Below are positions 8,684 to 16,905 of a stretch of DNA of 64,000 nucleotides, one piece after another (the first letter of the stretch is position 1; every line of letters begins with the position of its first letter). This stretch comes from an uncultured delta proteobacterium (lineage in GTDB: Bacteria; Desulfobacterota; Desulfuromonadia; Geobacterales; DSM-12255), in the NCBI GenBank assembly GCA_963787125.1, contig CAWBBV010000007.1, forward strand, positions 541,493-605,492, in the 5' to 3' direction. The translations under genes were made by a program, and so were the position numbers. Below the pieces are notes generated by a model. The model did not search any database, had not been told where the DNA came from, and was given only the letters and a program-made list of their open reading frames with translations.

Positions 8684-8806
8684 TCCAATTCTAACTCAAA
8701 GTGGCATCTTCGTTGACTCGTCTTCGGCTCCTCAGCGTACTATCTGCACGCCTTCGTCGCCTCAATCCTCGCCGCCTTGATGTCATCTTCGATTTAGAAT
8801 CGGCAT
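8682..8806. repeat. ~125-bp palindromic dispersed repeat, copy 2
   Basis: Shares GCCTTCGTCGCCTCAATCCTCGCCGCCTTGATGTCATCT exactly with copy 1; similar terminal inverted repeats. Confidence 0.85.
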
Positions 8807-8961
8807 CATCCATTTGCTATGGCAAAAAAAGGATTAAATTAGAGTAAAAACAAGCTTATACGGATTTCCCCGGTTCAGATTTTATTAGAAAATCATGACC
8901 GAATCTGCTATGAATGTAAAGCTTTCAACAAGAAACCTAAAAAATCCGCAGTGGAGATGAA

Positions 8962-10029
8962 ATGATAAAGACCAATAACCTTAAAATCAAGAGTATTACA
9001 CCGATAATCGCACCGAGCGACCTCCGTCAGGTTTTTCCGATGAACGAAGGTGGCAGTGAATTCATAACCTCCAGCCGTGAGCAGCTCAAAGGTATTCTCA
9101 AAGGGGACGACAAGCGCTTGATGGTCGTGGTCGGTCCATGCTCCATCCATGACACAACCGGGGCGGTTGATTATGCTGAAAAGCTGGCCGCTCTGGCTGC
9201 CGAGCTTTCCGATCAGCTTTTCATAACCATGCGGGTCTATTTCGAGAAGCCGAGAACAACTGTCGGCTGGAAAGGGCTTATCAACGACCCGGACATGGAC
9301 GGCACGCACAGGATTTCCAAAGGGCTCGGTATTGCCAGGAGTCTGTTATGCCGGATTACCGAACTGAGGCTGCCGGTTGCCAATGAGATGCTTGATCCGA
9401 TTACTCCCGAGTATCTGGCCGATATGATCTGCTGGGGGGCAATTGGTGCAAGGACAACAGAATCCCAGACCCATCGCGAGCTTGCCAGTGGACTCTCTTT
9501 TCCGATCGGCTTCAAGAACGGCACTGACGGCAATATGCAGATAGCAATTGATGCCATGATCGCGGCGCTTCATCCCCACAGTTTTCTCGGCATAAATCGC
9601 GAGGGGCTGTCGTCCATAGTTCAGACAACCGGTAATCCTGACGTGCATATTGTCCTGCGTGGCAGCGGTAAAAAACCGAACTATTCACCTGAAGATATCG
9701 CCAAGACAGAGGAGATGCTGGCCAAGGCGGGTCTCTTCCCTACAATCATGGTTGACTGCAGTCATGGCAACTCGGAGAAGAACCACGAGAAACAACCGGC
9801 GGTGCTGGATGCGGTTCTTGCCCAGATTGAGGCCGGCAACCGTTCAATTTCAGGGGTCATGATTGAAAGCTACCTGGAGGGTGGCAGCCAGTCTATCTCT
9901 GCAGACCTTAGCAAGTTAAAGTATGGGGTTTCTATTACCGACAAGTGCATTGATTGGGCGACTACCGAGCGGATTCTGCGTGATGCCCACGCCAGGCTGA
10001 AAAAATGCGGCGGCAGGAAGCTCGCCTAA
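8962..10029 (+). CDS. 3-deoxy-7-phosphoheptulonate (DAHP) synthase, type I-alpha
   Basis: GPCSIHD, MRVYFEKPRTTVGWKGL, IGARTTESQTHR, VDCSHGNS, SITDKC (AroF/G/H family). Confidence 0.97.
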   Translation: MIKTNNLKIKSITPIIAPSDLRQVFPMNEGGSEFITSSREQLKGILKGDDKRLMVVVGPCSIHDTTGAVDYAEKLAALAAELSDQLFITMRVYFEKPRTTVGWKGLINDPDMDGTHRISKGLGIARSLLCRITELRLPVANEMLDPITPEYLADMICWGAIGARTTESQTHRELASGLSFPIGFKNGTDGNMQIAIDAMIAALHPHSFLGINREGLSSIVQTTGNPDVHIVLRGSGKKPNYSPEDIAKTEEMLAKAGLFPTIMVDCSHGNSEKNHEKQPAVLDAVLAQIEAGNRSISGVMIESYLEGGSQSISADLSKLKYGVSITDKCIDWATTERILRDAHARLKKCGGRKLA

Positions 10030-10046
10030 CGAAAAGGAGAGGTACT

Positions 10047-10268
10047 ATGGCAAAGTGTGAATTGACGGAAACGTGTATTTTTTTCAACGATCAGATGGCT
10101 AATATGCCTTCAACTGCTGCTGTTTATAAGAACATCTTCTGTGAGCAGGATTTTGCCAACTGTGGCCGCTATATGATCTTCAAGGCAATTGGCCGGGAGA
10201 ATGTTCCCAAAGATCTTTTCCCGAACCAGAGTGACAGGGCAAGGACGATCATTTCAGGGCATAAGTAA
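10047..10268 (+). CDS. Small Cys-rich hypothetical protein
   Basis: AGGAGAGG RBS; 73 aa with four Cys (C-x5-C...C-x6-C) and VPKDLFPN. Confidence 0.75.
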   Translation: MAKCELTETCIFFNDQMANMPSTAAVYKNIFCEQDFANCGRYMIFKAIGRENVPKDLFPNQSDRARTIISGHK

Positions 10269-10293
10269 ACAAATATAAAATTAGCGGCAGTAA

Positions 10294-11568
10294 TCAGTCC
10301 GGCATTTCAGGGAGCGTCACATCCTCTGCGATGCCGGATTTTTCTATTGTTACCTTGTTTACCATCTGCCAGGAGACCCTGCTCTCGGCACGATGCTTAC
10401 TGATGGCTTTGCGGACTTCGGCGCTGATATCTTCAACCTGTTCGTAGGAATCGTTATTTACCTCAAGGAAAACTCTCCCTTTAGTTGTAACCTCGACTTT
10501 TATCGGCTGATAGATTATCTCTCCCTGCATCGGCACTGATACTGCTTTAAAGAGCCGCTCCATATGCTCCGGCATTACCCGGATGCAGCCATGGCTGCTG
10601 TAGCTGTTGATGGAGGTAGGTCTTGTTGTGCTGTGAATCAGAATGCCGGCGAGAGTCGTCCGCATGGCATATTTCCCCAGAGGGTTTTTCGGGCCGGGGG
10701 GGATAAACTCCAGCACCTCTTCGCCTTTTTCTTCCATCTCTTTTTGAATCGAGGGCGGAATCCTCCAGGTCGGATTCTCCTTTTTGTCAACGATCTGGAA
10801 TTTGCCGACAGGAGTGCGCCAGATGGTGCTCTCCTTCTTTTTAGATATCCCCACGGCAACGGGGTAGCTTGCTGAGACTTTGCCGTTGCGGAACAGGTAG
10901 AGGCTTCTTTCCGGAATATTTACGATGATACCGTTTTTAATGGTTTTGGGGATGATGCGGCGGTTGTTGTATTTGAGCCGCTGTCCGGGGATAACAGTCG
11001 CATCTCTGCTGAGTCGGTTCATTTTTGCCAGATCCCGCAGCCGCACGCCGAGTCTGGATGCAACCAGTTTGAGACTCTCTTTTCTTGCAACAGTATAGAT
11101 TCCTTGCCCGCCGACGATATGCTCGGAAATTTTACTCTCCAAAGAAGGTTCAAGCGCCTCGGCACCATTGTCAGCAGTTGGCGGCACGACGGCAGTTTGT
11201 AACGGCTGGACAGGCTTCTCTAGTGCAGCGCTGCTCATTTGAGCAAAACCAGGTCTGGGCGGCTGGCTGAAGCCTGGTGTTGCCGGGACGGGCGGCTCAT
11301 CCCTTTGACTCAACAGGATCTCCCCCTTCATGATAGCCAGGGTGAAGCGCTGCGCGGCAGCAGCACTTTCGCCGTTATTATAGAGCTCTTCAGCGGCACT
11401 GATAGTGGCTGCGAAGCTGCGGAACTCTTCCGGGTGAGAGTTGACTACCTGAGTCGTCTGCAGGATCCGCAGAAGATTTAGTGCATCGCTGCGCAGTCCG
11501 ATTAAAGGTTCGTCAGCCAGAGCAGTTGTCGCCATAAGGAGAAACAGTGCGCAGATAAAGTGTTTCAT
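10294..11568 (-). CDS. L,D-transpeptidase with LysM-like domain
   Basis: Signal peptide, LysM-like segment, YPVAVG, PPGPKNPLG, LIHST...SHGCIR catalytic motif. Confidence 0.92.
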   Translation of the reverse strand: MKHFICALFLLMATTALADEPLIGLRSDALNLLRILQTTQVVNSHPEEFRSFAATISAAEELYNNGESAAAAQRFTLAIMKGEILLSQRDEPPVPATPGFSQPPRPGFAQMSSAALEKPVQPLQTAVVPPTADNGAEALEPSLESKISEHIVGGQGIYTVARKESLKLVASRLGVRLRDLAKMNRLSRDATVIPGQRLKYNNRRIIPKTIKNGIIVNIPERSLYLFRNGKVSASYPVAVGISKKKESTIWRTPVGKFQIVDKKENPTWRIPPSIQKEMEEKGEEVLEFIPPGPKNPLGKYAMRTTLAGILIHSTTRPTSINSYSSHGCIRVMPEHMERLFKAVSVPMQGEIIYQPIKVEVTTKGRVFLEVNNDSYEQVEDISAEVRKAISKHRAESRVSWQMVNKVTIEKSGIAEDVTLPEMPD

Positions 11569-12932
11569 GGGGTGGGTTCACTCGAAGCGATTTTGTATTT
11601 TCCCATCCGGTAGATCAAAGTATGGCGCGGGATTCGCAGGAAGCGGGCGGCAGCAGTCTGATTCCAGCGATTGCGGCTGAGTGCCTCTATCACGATCTCT
11701 TTCTCAAGCTCTTCAAGGGAGTAGCCGTCAGCCGGCAGATTTACTATTTTGCCATTAGTTTCAGTCCGGCCATTGACGTTGAATTTGTCAGGAATATCCG
11801 TCAATGTCAAGTTGTCACCGCTGCGCATGATCAAGGTTCGCTCAACGAAGTTTTCCAGTTCGCGCACATTGCCCGGCCAATCATATTTTACCAGCGCGGT
11901 GAGCGCACTTTTCTCGAAGTTGACCTGTGCTGCGCCATGTTTACTGGAAAAGTGCCGCAAAAGAAGAGGAATATCATCTTTCCTCTCCCTTAAAGGGGGG
12001 AGCTGCAGAGGGATTACAGCCAGCCGATAGTAGAGATCTTCCCTGAAAGCCCCGCTGGCGAGAGCTTTACCCATATCGAGATTGGTGGCGGCGATAATCC
12101 GCAAATCCAGTTTCTGTTGTTCTGTGCCGCCGACCCGCTCTATAACCCTCTCCTGAATAGTCCGCAGGAGCTTTGGCTGCAGTTCCAGCGGGAGCTCGCC
12201 AACCTCGTCCAGGAAAATAGTGCCGCTGTCAGCCAGTTCGAATTTGCCCGGTTTGTCCTTGACGGCGCCGGTAAATGAGCCCTTCATATGGCCGAAAAGT
12301 TCGCTCTCCAGGAGGTCCCGCGGAATTGCCGAGCAGTTGACAGCTATGAACGGTTTATCTTTCCGGGCACTTTTATTGTGGATGGAACGGGCTACCAGTT
12401 CCTTGCCGGTGCCCGATTCGCCGGTGATCAGGACGGTAGCTTCAGTGGGCGCAACCTTGTCAATGACCCTGAAAATGGCTGCCATTTCCGGTGAACTGCC
12501 GATGATCGCCTCGAAGTCGCGTTTGTCAGCCAGGTCGGATTTAAGCTGACGGTTTTCTGCTGCCATTGAGCCGAACTGCAGAGCTTTGGCGACGGTCAGG
12601 CGGAGCTCGTCACGGTTGAAAGGTTTGGTGATGTAGTCGTACGCCCCTGACTTCATTGCTCCTACAGCTATATCCACTGTGCCGAAAGCAGTAATTATGA
12701 CAACGAGTGTCTGGGGCGAGAGCGCTTTTACCCTTTGCAGTACTTCCAGCCCGTCGATACCCGGCATCTGCATGTCAGTAATAACCAGCTGGTAAATCTC
12801 GTCCTGGAAAAAACGGAGACCTTCTTCTCCAGAGGCGGCGGCGGTGACGGCGTAGCCGGCCTCCTGGAGATTGTACTCAAGAACCCTGCGCAGGGAGGCG
12901 TCATCATCAATTATCAGGATTTTAGACTGCAT
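11565..12932 (-). CDS. Sigma54-dependent response regulator (REC-AAA-Fis)
   Basis: REC domain, GESGTGKE, GSFTGA, WPGNVRELEN, Fis-type HTH. Confidence 0.96.
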   Translation of the reverse strand: MQSKILIIDDDASLRRVLEYNLQEAGYAVTAAASGEEGLRFFQDEIYQLVITDMQMPGIDGLEVLQRVKALSPQTLVVIITAFGTVDIAVGAMKSGAYDYITKPFNRDELRLTVAKALQFGSMAAENRQLKSDLADKRDFEAIIGSSPEMAAIFRVIDKVAPTEATVLITGESGTGKELVARSIHNKSARKDKPFIAVNCSAIPRDLLESELFGHMKGSFTGAVKDKPGKFELADSGTIFLDEVGELPLELQPKLLRTIQERVIERVGGTEQQKLDLRIIAATNLDMGKALASGAFREDLYYRLAVIPLQLPPLRERKDDIPLLLRHFSSKHGAAQVNFEKSALTALVKYDWPGNVRELENFVERTLIMRSGDNLTLTDIPDKFNVNGRTETNGKIVNLPADGYSLEELEKEIVIEALSRNRWNQTAAARFLRIPRHTLIYRMGKYKIASSEPTP

Positions 12933-12941
12933 GCTGCTCCT

Positions 12942-13097
12942 TAGTAAGTTAGAAGTTATTTTCTGCGCTTTTCTGGCAGAAAGTAACTTCGTTAACGCAC
13001 TTATCCAGTTTACCTGGGCTAGTAAGTTAGAAGTTATTTTCTGCGCTTTTCTGGCAGAAAATAACTTCGTTAACGCACTTATCCTGTTTATCAGGGT
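12942..13097. repeat. 78-bp tandem direct repeat (2 copies), each with two hairpins
   Basis: Copies start at 12942 and 13020; each holds GAAGTTATTTTCTGC-N9-GCAGAAA(G/A)TAACTTC and a short second hairpin. Confidence 0.92.
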
Positions 13098-13104
13098 TAA
13101 AAAA

Positions 13105-14190
13105 TCATGCCGGCAGTATCACGATTACTTTAGTCCCCGCGCCCGGTTCACTCTCGATCTCAAGCTTGCCGCCATGGCCTTCTATAATCTTCCTGGTTAT
13201 GGCGAGCCCAAGACCGGTGCCATCAGGTTTAGTTGTAAAAAACGGCTCAAAAATCCTGGCCAGATTCCGACGCTCAATACCGGCACCGCTATCGCTGAAG
13301 CTGATTTCTGCGCCTGCTTGGCAGCGCCGCGCCGCGACAGTCACAACTCCGTTTGCAGGAGTTGCCTGAAGCGCATTGATCATAATATTCAGAAACGCCT
13401 GGCGTAACTTTTCTCCATCCCCGCTAACCGTTATGCTTTTGTCGGTAAAGTCAGGGATGACAAGGACTTGAGCTGTTTTCGCCTGGTTTTCTGTCAGTTT
13501 TAAGATTGTTTCCAGCTCTTCGACAAGTGCACAGCTGCTCATCTCCAGCGGCTGTTGGCGTGCCATCCGCAAAAAATCTTCAACGACGTTGTTGAGCCTT
13601 TCAGTCTCTTTTATCTGGATTTCAATAAATTCGTGTTTTGGTGAGCCAGGCGGGTAGTCGTCCTTCAGTATTTCGGCCGTCCCCCTGATAGAGCCGAGCG
13701 GATTACGGATTTCGTGAGCCAGTACAGCTGCCATTTCGCCGAGGGTCGAAAGCTTTTCAGCGCGGCGGAGCTGCTCTTCAACGGCCAGGATATGATCACT
13801 CTGCTGCTGCAGCTGCCGGTATGACTTCTCCAAACCTGCGGCGCTCTTTTCAAGCTCAAGACTTCTCTCCTGCTCACGCTGCGCCAAAAGACCGGTGATA
13901 CTGCCGACGATGTTATAGAGAACGATCTCCAGATATTTTTCCATCTCCATCGAGATATGGCCGCCCCATTGAAAAAGAATATGAGGGGTGTAGACGATGC
14001 TGACCAGAATAGCTGCTGCCAATCCTCCTCGGAGTCCGAACCAGAGGGCGGAGAGAATGATCGGGATGTAGTAGAAACGCTGGAAGATGTCGTGAAGATA
14101 GTGAAGATGGAGTGGTGTAAGGTAGTGCAGCAAGGTGATGCCAAGGATAGCAGCAAAGATTATGGCTATTTTTATTGAGGAGGATCTCAT
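13105..14190 (-). CDS. Membrane sensor histidine kinase
   Basis: Multi-TM N-terminus, AHEIRNPL H-box, NALQA, EPFFTTK, GTGLGL; likely start MRSSS at 14190. Confidence 0.95.
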   Translation of the reverse strand: MRSSSIKIAIIFAAILGITLLHYLTPLHLHYLHDIFQRFYYIPIILSALWFGLRGGLAAAILVSIVYTPHILFQWGGHISMEMEKYLEIVLYNIVGSITGLLAQREQERSLELEKSAAGLEKSYRQLQQQSDHILAVEEQLRRAEKLSTLGEMAAVLAHEIRNPLGSIRGTAEILKDDYPPGSPKHEFIEIQIKETERLNNVVEDFLRMARQQPLEMSSCALVEELETILKLTENQAKTAQVLVIPDFTDKSITVSGDGEKLRQAFLNIMINALQATPANGVVTVAARRCQAGAEISFSDSGAGIERRNLARIFEPFFTTKPDGTGLGLAITRKIIEGHGGKLEIESEPGAGTKVIVILPA

Positions 14191-14200
14191 GACAGAGCGG

Positions 14201-15448
14201 TCAGCTCTTGAGTCTAAGGGCAACTGTTTCCGGATCGAGCGTAACTGTGGTTTGGATGCCGGAGGCCATCTCCTTCAGGGGGGCAGTGCCGGAGTCAAGC
14301 TCGGCTTCACCAATGATAAGAGTGTAGCGGCAAGCGAGTTTGTCGGCGCGTCTCATCTGGCTCTTCATGCTTTTGCCTTCGTAATCGAACTCAACCGGGA
14401 TGCCGGCTCGTTGCAGCTCGCAGGCGATGCTGAATGCCCTTTTCTGTGCCGGTTCACCCAGTGCGACAATAAAGAGTGTCGGGGCAGTGGAGAAATTTGC
14501 GGCATCAAGCAAGAGGGCAACTCTCTCAACCCCCATGGCAAAGCCAATACCAGGTATTGTCGGGCCGCCGAGATCGGATATCAGGCCGTCGTATCGCCCC
14601 CCGGCCGCGACTGCGCTCTGGGAGCCGAGCAGTCCGGTAATCATTTCAAAAGTTGTCCGGGTGTAGTAGTCGAGGCCGCGCACCATGCGGTTGTTTATCC
14701 GGTAGCGGGTCGAAACAAGCTCCAGATGCTCACAGGTTGCGGCAAAATGGGTGTCACATTCAGGGCAGAGATGCTCCAGCATTGCCGGGGCTCCGACTGT
14801 TGCCGTTTTGCACCCTTCTACTTTGCAATCAAGTACCCGCAGCGGATTGGTCTCAAAGCGGCGGCAACAGTCTTCGCAAAGTGCCGCCAGTCTAGAGCGC
14901 AAAAACTCTTTCAAAGTTTCGCGATAAGCAGGACGACACTGGGGGCAGCCGAGGGAGTTAATCTCCAGTGACGGTTCATCCAGCCCAAGTCTGGTAAAAA
15001 ACTGACTGAGCATGGTAAGAATCTGGGCATCGATTTTCGGATCAGAAACGCCGGTAACTTCAGCGCCTATCTGGTGAAACTGGCGGTAGCGTCCCTTTTG
15101 CGGGCGTTCATAGCGGAACATTGGCCCCAGGTAAAAAAGCTTGCTCACCGGGTCTGCAGCGTAAAGCTTGTGCTCGATGAAAGCCCGCATGACGCCGGCA
15201 GTCCCTTCCGGCCGGAGCGTTATCCGGTTGTCACCCTTGTCAGTGAAGGAGTACATCTCTTTTTCAACGATGTCGGTGGCGTCGCCGATTGAGCGGGCAA
15301 AGAGTTCGGTCTTCTCCATGAGCGGAACTCTTATCTCTGCAAAGCCGTAACAGCCAAAAACCTCCCGTGCTGTGGCTTCGATATGCTGCCACTTCTCAAC
15401 TTCGCCGGGGAGGATATCGTTAAAACCTTTGATAGCTGTTATTGCCAA
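14201..15448 (-). CDS. hisS: Histidine--tRNA ligase
   Basis: LRPEGTA, FRYERPQKGRYRQFHQ, VRGLDYY, GGRYD, GFAMGVER. Confidence 0.98.
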   Translation of the reverse strand: MAITAIKGFNDILPGEVEKWQHIEATAREVFGCYGFAEIRVPLMEKTELFARSIGDATDIVEKEMYSFTDKGDNRITLRPEGTAGVMRAFIEHKLYAADPVSKLFYLGPMFRYERPQKGRYRQFHQIGAEVTGVSDPKIDAQILTMLSQFFTRLGLDEPSLEINSLGCPQCRPAYRETLKEFLRSRLAALCEDCCRRFETNPLRVLDCKVEGCKTATVGAPAMLEHLCPECDTHFAATCEHLELVSTRYRINNRMVRGLDYYTRTTFEMITGLLGSQSAVAAGGRYDGLISDLGGPTIPGIGFAMGVERVALLLDAANFSTAPTLFIVALGEPAQKRAFSIACELQRAGIPVEFDYEGKSMKSQMRRADKLACRYTLIIGEAELDSGTAPLKEMASGIQTTVTLDPETVALRLKS

Positions 15449-15449
15449 T

Positions 15450-16835
15450 TTAATCTACCTTTGAGCCTTTTTGAGCGCTTTCCCTGCTTGCCGATATGTG
15501 CGAGACAATATTTCGACCGCTTTCTTTGCCGTGATACATGGCGCGGTCTGCCATTTCCAGCAGTTCCAGCTTTGACTTGGTGTCTTCAGGGTAGCAGGCA
15601 AAGCCAAGGCACGCGGTCAGTTTTACGTCGAGGTTCTCACCAAGAAAAAATGAATGCTCGGCGATGGTTTTACGGATACGCTCCGCAACAATGGCCGCTC
15701 CCTGTTTGCCGGTCTCTATCAGGATAATGGTGTATTCATCGCCGCCGTAACGGAGCACGATATCGACTTCACGAACGGATTTCTTGAGAACTGTCGCCAC
15801 CTCTTTGAGGACCCGGCTGCCGACGAGGTGGCCGTAGGTATCATTGACCCCTTTGAGCATGTCAACGTCCAGAAAGATGACCGCCATACTGAGACCGTAT
15901 CTCTCAGCCCGCTTCAATTCGCGCTCAAGAGCTATTTCCAGGTATCGATAGTTGAAAAGGCCGGTAAGTTCATCAATATTGAGAAGATCCTTGGCAACTG
16001 AGTATCTGCCGGCGTTGTCAAGGGCAAGAGCCGACTGCTCCATCAGGAAGTGCAGATTGCTCCGGTTGATTGAGGCGTGAAAGCCACTGTTTTTTTCATC
16101 AAAGAGAGCCACAATCCCCAGCAACGGTGACTTATGGGTGATCGGTAAAAGGAGGAGTTCGGTTGTTCCGTTTGCAAGCTCTATGTTCACGGTGAACGGC
16201 TCTAAAAAAACCTGCTCTTCCCAATCAAAAACAAGTTTAAGCTGTTCATTCATTTTTTCTGCATCTTCTTTGGACAGGCCTTTTGCCTCAATAAGGGAGA
16301 TGTCTCTGGCAGTGTCACGCAGGCAGGTAAAGCCTTTGTCAGCGCCGGTCTCTTTCACGGCAGCTTCAATCACCAGGGCGAGAATTCTGTCGATATCAAT
16401 GCAGTTGGCTATTGTCTGGCTTACTTGGAAAAGACGGATCTGGTCTTTTAGCCCTTGATTCTCGTCAAGCAGCCGCCTTTGTTCCATGGAGAGTCTGACG
16501 ACATGCTTGAACTCATCGTGGCTGATAGGTTTTACGAGATAGTCTCTGGCACCGTTTTTGAGAGCGTAGATAGCCGATTCCATGTTCCCGTAGCCGGTCA
16601 CAACAATAACTTCAGTGTCGGAATCCATCTGTTTGGCACGGGAGAGGATGTCAAGCCCGCTGATGTCCTGAAGTACCATGTCGGTAACAATCAGTTGATA
16701 GCTGCCCTTCTCCATCATTATCAGGGCTTCTTTCCCTGATGACGCGGTATCTACCTTGTAACCCTCATCACGAAGAAGATCGGAAAATATCTCCCTGAAA
16801 AAGGCGTCGTCTTCAACAATCAGGATTTTTTCCAT
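15450..16835 (-). CDS. gacA: REC-GAF-like-GGDEF dinucleotide cyclase, Hypr/GacA-like (probable 3',3'-cGAMP synthase)
   Basis: REC domain; GGDEY; NDTYGHLVGS with Ser at the normally Asp position; lies between comEC and hisS. Confidence 0.8.
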   Translation of the reverse strand: MEKILIVEDDAFFREIFSDLLRDEGYKVDTASSGKEALIMMEKGSYQLIVTDMVLQDISGLDILSRAKQMDSDTEVIVVTGYGNMESAIYALKNGARDYLVKPISHDEFKHVVRLSMEQRRLLDENQGLKDQIRLFQVSQTIANCIDIDRILALVIEAAVKETGADKGFTCLRDTARDISLIEAKGLSKEDAEKMNEQLKLVFDWEEQVFLEPFTVNIELANGTTELLLLPITHKSPLLGIVALFDEKNSGFHASINRSNLHFLMEQSALALDNAGRYSVAKDLLNIDELTGLFNYRYLEIALERELKRAERYGLSMAVIFLDVDMLKGVNDTYGHLVGSRVLKEVATVLKKSVREVDIVLRYGGDEYTIILIETGKQGAAIVAERIRKTIAEHSFFLGENLDVKLTACLGFACYPEDTKSKLELLEMADRAMYHGKESGRNIVSHISASRESAQKGSKVD

Positions 16836-16905
16836 TAACAGTAGCTCCCGAGAGCAATTTTAAGAAATTATATCTCTCTAAAAATACAGAACATTAGTTT
16901 AGGTG

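Noticed and set aside
8040..8780. 246-aa plus-strand ORF
   Set aside because: Antisense to rrf2 and the ArfB-like gene, and runs through a repeat.
12871..13407. 178-aa ORF with an internal peptide repeat; also considered as a mini CRISPR
   Set aside because: The peptide repeat is a by-product of the 78-bp DNA repeat; there are no unique spacers and no cas genes.
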